DNA of 64,000 bases from Lama guanicoe. Taxonomy: Eukaryota. Position numbers and translations under genes: made by a program. The stretch is from positions 1,933,518 through 1,997,517 of the forward strand of contig MU053810.1 in the NCBI GenBank assembly GCA_013239625.1, read 5' to 3'. Positions 52,441 to 64,000 of the stretch are shown piece by piece (positions within the stretch are counted from its first letter, which is position 1; the number at the start of each line of letters is the position of its first letter). The notes below the pieces were generated by a model. That model was given only the letters and a program-made list of their open reading frames with translations. It ran no database searches and was not told where the DNA came from.

Positions 52441-54028
52441 AAAATCACCATATCTTTTTACAAAGATCTGTGACTTCTTTCTAAATGGAGTAACTCTACT
52501 CTGCAAAACTGAAAAGGTTTTTGTTCTCTCCCATCTAGCTATTATTTCATGTAGAGATTCAAATATGTACGTTTATTGCTGAAACAAGAATGAATAATCC
52601 CAGAACAAGGCTTTGCTTGAGATTAGAGTCACAAATCACAATCACTTGGATACAGTCCCGTCATCCAGATGCGAGACCGAAAGGCTTCTCTTTGAGGTTT
52701 CTTCCACTACAAATTTTTGCACCACAGGCAATGCTTTGCTGAGTATTTATGGCTGAAGTAGACAGATCCACCCCTAAACACTTAGTAAAATTTTATCTAT
52801 CAAACTTCAATGTGTTATTTCCTGGAACTTTATCATCCATCTACATGGGTCATAACCAGAGTAAATAGTGATAGAGAGAAGAAAGTATGAGAAAAAATAA
52901 GGACTGACATATCAGATGATTGCTACTGTTGGCTTTATCCTATTTTAGATTTGAGTTTTCACTGTGCTGTCGTAACTGTTAATTTCCAATAAAGTTCCAT
53001 CAAATGTTGACTTTCTTCCCTCAGGTTTTGTCTAAGTGCTAACCATGTGGAAATAATTACAATGTGCCATTACCCATACATGAATTGTTTTATTAGTAGA
53101 GCATAGAAATATCTTTGAGAATTGGCTAAAACCTCAGCGATGGTGGATGCAGTAATCCCCGAGCTATTTGCTAAATATTTGAGCAAACAGAGCATTGTTT
53201 ATTCAGTTCCTGTCAGCTCCCATGGGCATTCTTGGAATGAGGTTGTAGGTTTTCTGTTTGGTTTTTTAAGGCAGGCCACAACCAGAAAATCATCAGCTTG
53301 AACTGGACAAGCTACACAACCATTCTGTGCAAAAAAACCTTTCTCTGACTTCTCACCCATATCCAGTGACTTCTGCAGCTCCATTACTGTGTCATCATCA
53401 TCTTTGCTTTTGCCGGCTCACCCTTTACATGTGGCACTAAACAAGTAACTCTAAGATCATTTTTCTAACTGCCAGAGGCAATGGCCTGTGCTGGCCAGGG
53501 GATTCCAAAGACTTGAAGGTCATGTGTTCCAGAGTAAAATCATCTTCCCACAGCTGGGCCTAAGAGGCCCCTGGTTGTCTTTGATTTCTCCCTTCCACAT
53601 TTTCATCTGTAAACACCCACCTCCCAGTTCAAAACGTCAGAGGGAAAAAGTTTTCTCCAATACTTCCTCTTTTGGTCTTCCTTGACACAATCCTGCAGAT
53701 AATCAGAGCTTTAAGTAATGTAACAATGAAGGGTGGAGGAAGCTAAGAGCTTCTCTAATCCATCTACCATCCTAAAGCAGGATCACACCTTAATGGCGTG
53801 GAGACGATGACAGCTGGGTACCCAAAGAGCAGGAGAGCAACTTAAGACAGTCTTATCCTGAACTATCCAACCTAGTTGTTTTACAGTCTGGGCCTCGCTC
53901 AAGTCACACTCATCAGGAAAAAAAGTCACAATACTTTTTGTGGGAAAAAAAAATCTTTGAATATATTTAACAGCAATATTTGGTTGTATTGTCTTAACTT
54001 ATTATCATTTAAAATTTAGAGTAATCAT

Positions 54029-54532
54029 AAAAACACTAATTCAAAAAGATACATGTACCCCTATGTTTATGGTAGCATTATTTACAAGAACCAAGATATG
54101 AAAGCAACCCAAGTGTCCATCAATGTGTGAATGGATATATATATATAGAACACACACACAATGGAATACTCCTCAGCCATAAAAAAAAGATGAAATCTTG
54201 CCATTTACAACAACATGGATGGACCTTGACAGTATTACTGTAAGTGAAGTAAGCCAGACAGAGAAAAACAAATGCCATATGGTTTCACTCATTTGTGGAA
54301 TATAAAAAACAAACAAAACAAAAATACATAGATACTGAGAATGGAGTGGACAGGAAGGGGTGGTGAGGAGAGTGAAATGAGAAAAGGGATGAACTGCATG
54401 ATGATGGGGAGAAACTCAACTTTGTGTGGTGAGCACTGTGTCATGGACACGGAAGCAGAAAGATATTATACACGGGAAATGTACGTAATGTTATCTATCA
54501 ACCAATGTTAGCTGAATAAAACATGAATTTAA
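54029..54532 (+). mobile_element. L1 3' end (~500 bp), intermediate-age subfamily
   Basis: aattcaaaaagatacatgtacccctatgtttat..agcaacccaagtgtccatcaa..aatggaatactcctcagccataaaaaa..aacatggatggaccttga. TSD aaaatttagagtaatcat (54011-54028) / aaaattaagagtattcat (54533-54550), 16/18 identical. Confidence 0.92.
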
Positions 54533-55977
54533 AAAATTAAGAGTATTCATGAAAATCATAGACAGGGTTGTGTAAGCTGCCCAAGATCAAATCATTTAGA
54601 AGTGGTAAAGCCAGAACCCACAGATAAAGCCAGTGGCTGTTACACATCTTTTAAAACAGGGGGGTTATTTTTACTAGTACATCATGCAGCACCCAACAGT
54701 CATGGAATAAGAAAGAAGGAGCTGGGGCCCAGAAGCTCAGTGACTCAGCCACCTTCCTTCTCCTATGTGGTTTCCTCTCCCCCACCTCCTCCCCGGCAGC
54801 CTCTGATGAGATTCCATGGAAACCTGGAGTTCACTGACCTCAGATCTGAATTTCACTCCTGCCGGCTATGTTCGTGTAATCACATTTACTAGCTGATCTA
54901 TATTTCACAATTATATCATACCCAATTTAGCATAAATTCCTTCTATTCCAAAAATGTCTTCTATTTGTATTTGTAATTGTCTTTGGGCATCTTCATGCAA
55001 AATTAGATTCTTTTCTAGATGACTGCATTCTGAGTTTTTCTACATTCTTAGTCTAACTGAGATGAAACAAATTTGAGAGCAAATTGCTCAGAATTAGTCA
55101 TCTGCTTTTCTAGTAAGCCGTGTTCACAAAAGCTTGTAGACTTCTCTTCTAAGCAAAGTGTATGCACTTCTCCCTCTGTCTCCCTCTTGATTTATAATTA
55201 TCATATTGTATCATCACAATATATACTGGCAAAACCTATTTCAGAATTACAAAATTCTTTATAAGGACTTATAAATAGAGAATAGATTTTGCTGTTGTTA
55301 GTTGGAGGGAAGTGGTGAAAACTTTTACTGGGAAATTATTTTTCAACAAAGTGAATTATTGTTGCTATTACTGTGAGAAGAGAAAAGCGTATTAATTCAA
55401 ACATGGAGGAATCCAACAGAAGAGAATAATCCTGTTGAAAAGTAGAGAATATATTAAAATCTCTACATTCTTAGTTTCCTATCCTCAGAGATAACCACTA
55501 AATGGATGGAGTCATTTTCTCACCTCTTACTCGTAAATGGGAGATAAATGGTAGATTTATCTGACTGCAAGTTATTCCAGAAAACAATGGATACACGTGC
55601 CATCAGAACAAAGTAAGACTGGGAAAGGGTCACCCTAAACTCCAGGGAACAAGTCTAAGTAAACTCCCAGCTTCTGCTCCTCCCCTCTGACTCCCCAGGG
55701 GTACAGGTTGGACTGAGCAGTGGTGATGTTCGGTATCTGAAATTAGGAATGAAAAAAATTAAAATGACACGGAGTTGCATGCTCACATTTTAAAAGCTTG
55801 TGACAAAAAATATTTTTTTAATTAGTAGGAGATACAAAAGTATAAAGGCAAATACTTCATTATTTCTCTTGAGCATGGAATTATCACAGTATAATAGCAC
55901 ATAATGAGTTTGTTATTCTAGCAACAGACATCTGTCAGAAACAAACTCTCAAAATACCACTGAATTTGCACAACTGA

Positions 55978-56190
55978 CCAAAAGAGTGGCTTCTGGAATC
56001 AAAATCTGCTCCCTCACTTCATAAATGTTTGACTTTGAATCAGTTAAATAATATTCTAAGACTCAGTGTCACCATTTGTAAAAAGGAAGTAACCATAGTG
56101 CCTGTCTCAGAGCACTGTTTCACGTGGGGGAAAAAAAATCCTTAGCAGAATGCCTAACGCAAAATAAGTCCTCTAAAATATTAGCTCACT
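55978..56190 (+). mobile_element. MIR SINE
   Basis: gagtggcttctggaatcaaa..actcagtgtcaccatttgtaaaaagg..cttagcagaatgcctaacgcaaaataagtcctctaaaatattagct. Confidence 0.72.
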
Positions 56191-56744
56191 GTGAGAAAAG
56201 CAATTATGGCCAAACAAAAGCCTGGAGGGGGAAAGAATGAGAAAAGGGGTCCTGCTTTATAAAGATGAATATCAAATATTTAAAATCTGCATCAAAATCA
56301 ACTAAGGAGGAACATAATATGATTTTTAAAAGCATATCCCAAAGAAGTATAGATTAAAAACATGTTGAGGAGATGTGTCAAAATGACAAATTTATGCACT
56401 AGAAATATATAATAGGCTACTAGAGAAAAACGGGGACGCTTTGAGAACTATTCACATTTATTTTGAAAGTGTTAACAGAAACAACTATGACCCTGCCGCA
56501 TGCTTTTCCAGCACTACTGTTCGGGATGAGAGCTCGCTGAATGCACAACTACAACACCTTTTTGTCCACTGATGAGAATCTGTATGAGGCAGATTTTCAG
56601 CGAGAAAAGTTACTATTTCATGACAGTGCTGAGCCCAGTCATTTATTCATTAGGTCAACAGCTGTTCACTGAGTGCTGTCCATGTACTGGCACCGTGAAA
56701 GGCACAAGGGATTGAAAAAACAAAAACAGAAAACAATGAACATA

Positions 56745-56921
56745 AGCTAACAACAAGTTCATACTGCACAGCCCAGGGAACTATGTTCCATATCTTGTAG
56801 TAACTTATGGTGAAAAAGAATGTGAAAACGAATATGGGCATGTTCATGTGTGACTGAAGCATTGTGCTGTACACTAGAAATTGATGTAACTGAGTACACT
56901 TTAATACATACATAAATAAAA
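56745..56921 (+). mobile_element. Young L1 3' end (~175 bp)
   Basis: aacaacaagttcatactgcacagcccagggaactatgttccatatcttgtagtaacttatggtgaaaaagaatgtgaaaacg..gactgaagcattgtgctgtacac. Confidence 0.88.
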
Positions 56922-56929
56922 GAGAGCAA

Positions 56930-57597
56930 ATGTGGCTGAGTAATTTGCGCATGTTGGCTCTTGTGAATAACGTCGTCATGAACTTGGGAGCACAGATACC
57001 ACTTCGAGATCCTGATTTCGGTTCTTTCAGATACAAACCCAGGAGTGCAATTCCTGGATCATATGGTAGCTCTATTTTTAATTTTTTGAGAAACTTTCCT
57101 ACCATTCTCCAGAGTGGCCGTACCAATTTACATTCCCACTAGCAGGATGAAAAGATTCCGATTTCTCCACCTCGTTGCCAAAACGAATTTTCTTTTCTTT
57201 TTTTGGTAACAGCCATCCTAACAGGTGTGAGGTGATATCTCATTGTGGTTTGGTTTGCATTTTCCTCACGATGAGTGATGTTGAGCATCTTTTCATGTAC
57301 CTATTGGTCGTGTGCCTGTCTTCGTTGAAGAAATGTCTATTCAGTCTATAGAAGCAGAGCAGGGTGGTGGTTGCCAAGGGCTGGGGGGAGGGGGGAGTGG
57401 GCAGTCACTGTTCAAGGGAATAAAGTTCCAGTTGAGCAAGATGGGTGAGTTTCAGAGAGCTGCCGCACAACACCGTGCCTGTAGTTAACAACACTGCACA
57501 CTTAAAAGTTTGTCAAGAGGATAAATCTCAAGTCAAATGAAAAAAACAAATAAAAAATAAAATTGATTGTGGAGAAAGTAAAATTTAAAAAAAAAAG
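56930..57597 (+). mobile_element. L1 (L1MA-like) with 5' inversion
   Basis: Antisense ORF2 C-terminal segment ~56930-57346 (ORF 56650..57126 begins VRPLWRMVGKFLKKLKIELPYDPGIALLGLY), then sense 3'UTR from ~57347 (tagaagcagagcagggtggtggttgccaagggctgggg...) to an A-rich tail. Confidence 0.85.
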
Positions 57598-58769
57598 CAA
57601 ACATGATTCACACTTTCATGGTACCCACACTCCAATAACTGGGGAGAGACTGGACATTAATCAAACAGCAATCCAAATGGTTGTTTACTACAAACTGGGC
57701 AAAGTGCTATGAAGGAAAGAAAAGAAATGCACCCCAAGAGATCAAAGGAAAACAGGAATTCCTGAGGGCAGGGGTATGTGATATCTGCAGAAGAAAGATG
57801 TGCACTGAAATCTGATGAACGGATAGTAGTTAACTAGGTATGGAGGCTGAGCAGAGGGGAGGAAGGGGTGTTTCTGGTCTGAGGGGACAGCATGTGCAAA
57901 AGTCCTGTGATAGGAGAGAGTAGGTTTAGCTGAAAGGCCAGTTGAAAGGCACATGGAACTAAAACAGGCTGGAGAGCAGGAAGGGGCGGGAGGTGGGGGA
58001 AAAATATAACCAGTGAAACCCTCTGCTTTTGCTTTAAATCCATGTGAAGTAAGTGACACTCCGAACTGAGAACTAAACTGTGAATCTTTGTCTCAGCATC
58101 GGATAAAATTGTGGAAACCTCCTTTGAGTGGGGACAAGCCAGTACTTGGATGCTTTTGATAATCCCAAGACAGAAATATCGATAATATCAGAGGCAGAAA
58201 ACTGTCAAGAGTTTCACTGCATTCTCCCTCTATTCCTTACCAACATGTTGAGGAATACCCCGCAGCTCCTGCACTCTGTCTAAAAGATGGGATTTGTCAG
58301 TTTTCCAAATGGTCTCGGGACCCCAGAGCAGGTGCAGTTCGCTCAGAGGGCAGCCTCTGCAAGGAGGTTTAGGGTGGAGCCAGTGTCCCAACCCATTTTT
58401 ACTTAGGGCAGAAGTGAAGGGTGAGGATGGTGATAGGCAATCTTGGTCTTCTTTTATTTTGCTTGAGACATTGGTAGACCAACTGCCCCCTATTCTTTTA
58501 CAAAAACACAGAAGTAAGCAGCATAACTCCTAGAGGAGGGACATTTTAAAGGGGGTCTTTTAGAACTTAGAGTTCTCCTTATTCATCATGAATGGCAGGA
58601 TCCCACAAGTGGCTTAAGGACAACACAGATGAGACTCACAACCCTTAGTCTTATCCTCGCCCAAGGAGAAACCATTGTATGGTGGCACTGGGGTGACATG
58701 AGGTCCATCAAGGGGACTTTCCTGAGGGAACCTTTAAACGGGCTGTTAGAACCACCCCGGGGAGAGATG

Positions 58770-59370
58770 ACAAGGACCTGAAAATGTAATATGAGAGAGA
58801 TGAAGGGGATTCATTGGGGGTGACTTAGGGATTAGTGGGAGAAATAAAATGAGATTATTTTTGGACATTTTGAATTTTAGTACTTGAGGAATGTACAGTA
58901 CAGTTGTCCAAAGGCAACTGGATTTTAAAGCCTGAGACTTGGAAAGTTCTGGTCTGAAGACTTCAGATCTCTCAGCTTAGAAGTAATAGGTTTGAGCATC
59001 CGAGGTGATGGAGACACCCACAGAGAGTGTGCAGAGTGAGACAGAGGGGCCAGACAGGTGTGGTAAGACATAGAGGAAAGGGGACCAGGGAGTTTGGTGT
59101 AGATGGAGATAACCAACAACATTAAAGTCATCAGAGAACTCCTGTGACAGGAGACCCCCCAAAATTCTCTGATGTGTTTGACAATGAGTAAGTCTCCGTG
59201 GCCTTCACAAGGATGATTTCATTAGAGGGGAGGGAGCAGAAGTCATATTTCAAAAGGCTGAGGAGTGAGTGACAGGTGAGAAGATGGGGCAGGGAGGTGT
59301 GGTCTATGGTTCTGAGATGTTTTGATGAAAGAGAGAATGAATTAGAGGGTTGGGAGCTGGGGGCTGGAGA
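58770..59370 (-). mobile_element. L2 fragment
   Basis: ttttggacattttgaatttt..gttgtccaaaggcaactggat..atttcattagaggggagggagcagaagtcatatttcaaaaggctgaggagtgagtgacaggtgag. Confidence 0.78.
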
Positions 59371-61059
59371 AGAGCGGTTACAGATCCAGTAGTTTGTGGT
59401 GGTTGTTATTTTAAGGTGTTTCAAAGTAAAAGGCTAAAATGGAGAAAGTGAACGTGGGTTAGGATGCAAGTCCAATTCAGTTACTGTATAAACTGGGTAA
59501 AATCATTCAATTCCTCGAGAACTGCTTCACTTTTTAAATTTCTGCAGTTAAATATACATCTTTACAGCCTTCTCTTAGGAAGGGTCAGTGTTCATTTCAG
59601 GGGAAACTGGGGCAGCCATTCGGTGTCTTGACAAGGAAGATCGTCTTTGGCTGCTTTGAAAAGAAATGTTTCCCCCCCAGGCCCAGCGATGAGAGTGAGC
59701 AGCACTCAGGGTTAACTCTGAGGCCGAGCTAAGTGAAGCCTTTGCCCAAGGCTTCAGAGAACCCGCTTCTGGAAGATAAGAATGTCCAAACAACTGCTTC
59801 GCAGGGGGAAAAAATGCCGTTTTCTCCTCTTGGGAGTAGGCATTTTTGCCTATTCATTCTTTTGTTTCTAATTATGGGTTTCATTACATTCTGTCGATTT
59901 ACAGGCTTATCTCCGGTTGAAACACGTCTGCTTGTCAGAGCTCCCCTCTACTATGTCTGGGGTTTAGCCTGGCTTTGCTGACCTCTGGTCAAGTTCCACC
60001 AGGACTGGGTCCCCTCCTCGCTGAGCCCGTCTTGATAGATGGCCCGAACCAAGGGAGCGCCTGGGCATGGAGGATGTCCTTGCTCTGGGAGGTTTCTGTT
60101 TACTTTCAGCCTTAGTAGCATTTGCCTAAGGCTGGGCCCCTTCTTTCAGAATCCCTGGCCCCTTCAGCTCTTTACGCTCCCAGGGCCGCACCTTGGTTAC
60201 GAGCAGACCCTTTGCCCCCACTGCTGTTTACTTAGAGAGCTGAAAGATTCATCAGATGACCCAGAGAAAGGGTCTCCACGCATACCATCCGCTTGCTGTC
60301 CAAAGAAAAGTACTGTTTGTTTCAGGCTTAACGTGACCACAGATCGCAATTATGAACATATCATCCTGGAGGTGTTTGAAGATGATTTTTAAAAAAGGAA
60401 GAAATTTAGAGGTCAGGAAAGAACAGAAAGTTGTTGACAGAGAGATAAGGTAATTGGTATGCTCTGGAAGGTTCAAATCACTAAGAATGAGCTGACTTTG
60501 GCTTTCAAAAGATAAAGTACAGAGAAACATGCTTTCAGCCACATGTTCTATATGTGACCGCGCGGCACTGCTAATGGAGGGGAATGCCCACCGTGGTCAG
60601 ATCGTTTTCAAATAATTAGCAACTTCTGGTTAATAGGCTCCAGGGAGGGACTCAGCTCTGAGCTGTCATCAGCCAGCACCCATGATGGCTGGGGCAATGA
60701 GTGTCTGAAGGCCTAAAGGTGCAACTGGACCACGCCCCACAGCATCCACTATACTTCTCAACCCTCTGGTGTATGAAACAGCACAGAGATTCAGTGGGAA
60801 GCAGAATTGCTCTGATTGTAAATGGACACAGAAGCCTTCCCTCACCCCCGCCTTCCCTCTCCTCCCCTTCTTCCCCCGGGGTAACTCTAAGGGTGCATAT
60901 TCAGCTTTGACTATACAAACAGCCCTCACAAGGTACTGGTTTAATTCTCAAGACTCCCCTCAACTGAGTCCCCTAGAGAAGCCCCTTTGGGGAAACCACA
61001 CTCCAGCTCCAGATGAGAGACCAGCCCTGCCGCCTGTCAGGACCTCCCTCAGTCCTGGA

Positions 61060-61200
61060 AACCCCAGCGCCCAGCACACCCCTGGGGAGGGGAGCCACAG
61101 CGCCTCGGGGCGGCGGGGGCGGGGACTGCCTAAGTAGCTCACGTCACCTTTTGTGAAATGATCTGAAAGTCACGATCAAGGCTTCTTTTATTGTAAGTGA
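61060..61200. promoter_or_regulatory. Candidate promoter/enhancer: GC boxes plus a CRE-like site
   Basis: Locally GC/CpG-rich patch with ggggcggcgggggcgggg (61107-61124, Sp/KLF GC box) and tcacgtca (61139-61146, ATF/CREB-like). Motif evidence only. Confidence 0.4.
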
Positions 61201-64000
61201 TTCATCCCTCTGGAGATCGCTCAGGTTTTCTCTCTGACAGGAATCTTCCCGGCATACTTGGCTTTCTCTTTGAAGAACAATACAATTATAGAAAAGAACA
61301 GGGAACACCATGCAGATGAAAATGACAGGGTCTTAGTCCTTACAGACATCTCGGTGCTGAACCCAGCAGCATTCACATGTCCCTTAGTTCACCTTCCCAT
61401 GTGAGCTTTTTCAGAGCCGGAGACTTTTTCCACTGAGGCATACAAGAACTCTCTTTTCTTTCACTTAATCACGTCCATTTCTCGTTTCATGCTAAGGAGC
61501 TCATTAAATTGCCTCATACCTGTTTATTTTCCACAGACATTGCCTCTCAGCCCCTCCACTGAGTTTCTATGATATCTTTGTTCGAATGGAGCATAATGCA
61601 TTTCTGTCGGTGCTATGACATTAAAAAAAAAAGGCTCCTAGTTGCTCAAAATGGTGTGTCTACTGCATCCATCATTTATAAGCTCTTTCCACAAAATGAG
61701 GTCGAGTTTGTATTCACGATGTCACTCTTTCCTTCCTCCCTGACCATCCCTTCACCTCTCCTCACCCTCCCCACTCACCCACTCTGCCACACACACTCAG
61801 ATCACGAAGGCAATCCTCGGAGCAGAATGTATGCCTCCTTATCCCAGCAATGGAACAGCTGTTTGTTCTTTATCCCTAACAGTACATTTGGCTGGATGCA
61901 TATTTATTCACTCTGCTTACTCAGCTGAAGCAGGGAGTCTGGAAAGATTTCAACCATCAAATTCAAGAAAGGGATCTTAGGACAGTGTTTGAAAACGAAG
62001 ACACCATTATTGACACATGCTACAAACCCACAGTCAATGTCATTTCCATGAATCTTGTGCCAGGTTCTCTTTTATCAGGTTCCAAAATAAGAAAAGATGA
62101 CACATAACAGCGCAAAGCAGCCCATCAAACAACCAAGAAGCTGACGTGCTCAGCAGGACGATAGGGAAGTTGCTGCCTTGCCTGACAGATATAACCTTTC
62201 CTTCTCAGTCCTGTACTTTTTCTGAAAAGGCGGGGAATGATTGCTTATGCTTCTGAGGATTGTACAGTAAAAACTCCAGAAAATAGCACACAAAGCATTT
62301 GATGGTTTAAGTGGGACATTTTTTATCTCAATATCACATGCTTCCTTCCCCCTATAAAACATGGCTCCCTACCGGGGCCATCTTTAGCGCTCTGCAGAAG
62401 CCCTAAACTCCACTACTGCAATAAATATTCACTTAAGGGGGAACTTCTATGCCTACTCTTCAGGATAAACTCAGCAGACACCATAGTCAATAGCCTCTCC
62501 CTCCACCTACTTCAGCTGAAACTGGTGAAGCTATCATGCCAAGAATTATCCAATGAAAAACCAAAGTGGCCACTACACGCCACACCAGAATGGACGTTTT
62601 TACCCTGTACACATAATAGCCCCTTTTCTCACAAAGCCCAGCCCTTTTGATTTCATCACTCAATCACTTATAATCAAAACAGTCAAGCTCAGGTTCAAAC
62701 AGACTAGAGGTTCAGCTCTTGGAATTGACAGGGATAGATTCATCAGATGTAGATTCACAGGGGTAAATAGGAGAAAAGGAGGATTCATTAATTACCTCAG
62801 GAATTTTATTTTTAGCTGGAGATCTGACCCAGACAGAAAAGTAAAGTTGAAAGCTTATTAAGGATTTGCTGTTCCCTTTCTCAGTCCCCATGCCTTCTAC
62901 TGCTACCATTTCTACCATGATCTGAAATATATATTCTTGAAAGTGATATCTGTCTGTCTAGTCCAATTTGTGTGGCTTCACAGGGAAGAAGAGAAATTTC
63001 TCCTTATATTTCATCAACCACATAATCAAATTAACTTAGAAATTTCATGTAAAAAAGAGTGGTAATTTACATCTGAGTTCATAGATACATGTCATGCAGA
63101 AACACTTGCAGAGACACGTCCACCCTGATAGTCACCAGGTCTAACTAAAGGAAACACAGGAGGCAGTTTTTTTGTGTTTTCAAAAAACTAACAAACAATA
63201 GTGGATGTTTTTATCTACGTTAAAAATCACCACGAAATAAGGTGACTTCTTTACAAAATGCATGATGCATATGCTCAGATTGAGTGGTATTTATGAACCA
63301 ACCCATATTGCAAAGATTGAAAACGAAAGACTTTTAGAACTAGAAGGGGTGAGTAGCTGAATCCCTTTTATTTTATGAATGAAGATACTGAGGGCTAAAA
63401 ATGTTACCAACCGAACATCTACTTCTACTTCCTCAGATAAAAGTAACAAACCCAACAGTCAACATCCCCTCCCTCAGCCTTCTTCACTTGAAATTTGTGA
63501 AGCCTTTATGACCGGAATCAGTCCACGATGGACCAGAGGAGCAGCTGCATGCCACACTGGGATGGAAACTTTCCTCTGGTCAGAGAATCCTCACATCCTG
63601 TGGTCTGATGGAAGTCACGTCTCTTAACAACAGGGATTGAATATTGGTTTGGAAGGAAGACTCAGAAAGCCAGATCCATGCTGTTTAAAAAAAAACCCAA
63701 AACAAAGACAATAATAAAGTGTTCTATTTTTAAGACACATCAACTGAATCTATAGCTTATAATTATTATACAGTTAAACAGCCACTGCAGTTTTCATGCC
63801 TTGTGGCAATTTTCCTTTGCTTTATAGGCTAGGTTTAATAACAAGGCCACCTAAAGGAATATCTTGAGATTTTCCTGTTTAAGGGTTTGCCAGATCTAGG
63901 TTATGCAGAAATATGAGGTTTCCTTACAAGGAAGAGAGATTGAAATCAGCTCATCGATCCAGTAAGCGCACTTAACCGTGAATGGAATCTTGAAATCAGT

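Larger units (their letters stand above)
56640..57980 (-). mobile_element. L2 3' region, split (~56640-56740 and ~57600-57980) by L1 insertions
   Basis: atttattcatt..cactgagtgctgtccatgtactggcac on the left continues as acatgattcacactttcatgg..aagtgctatgaaggaaa..gaggggacagcatgtgcaaaagtcctgtg on the right. Confidence 0.75.

Noticed and set aside
56650..57126. 158-aa ORF with an L1 ORF2 C-terminal motif
   Set aside because: Chimeric read-through across three adjacent repeat fragments, not a gene.
1..64000. Novel multi-gene system, non-retroviral viral insert, NUMT or processed pseudogene
   Set aside because: I could not recognise a long ORF, compositional island or homology of this kind by eye. 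A BLASTx/Rfam search would be needed to exclude highly decayed or small RNA elements.

Overview
This is AT-rich, CpG-depleted mammalian genomic DNA, most likely camelid (alpaca/llama/camel). That call rests on two tRNA-derived SINEs resembling the camelid Vic-1 family and on several copies of a young lineage-specific L1 3' end. I found no recognisable protein-coding exon, RNA gene, CRISPR array or microbial system. The ORF track is explained by repeat remnants and chance, so the window reads as intergenic or deep-intronic sequence, and I cannot name a host gene. It is rich in interspersed repeats (L1, HAL1, L2, MIR, MaLR/ERV LTRs, MER2/Tigger/MER3 DNA transposons), with family names assigned from memory of consensus sequences rather than alignment. 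The best-supported points of interest are retrotransposition structures: a three-tier nested insertion with an apparent L1 3' transduction (9.2-10.4 kb), two 5'-inverted (twin-primed) L1s, a Tigger MITE nested in MER2, a 3'-truncated L1 fused to an antisense L1 fragment, and a recent 58-bp tandem duplication. Candidate regulatory elements include an X-box palindrome next to a TATA box near 7.0 kb and a GC-box/CRE promoter-like patch near 61.1 kb. I see no good evidence for a novel biological system.
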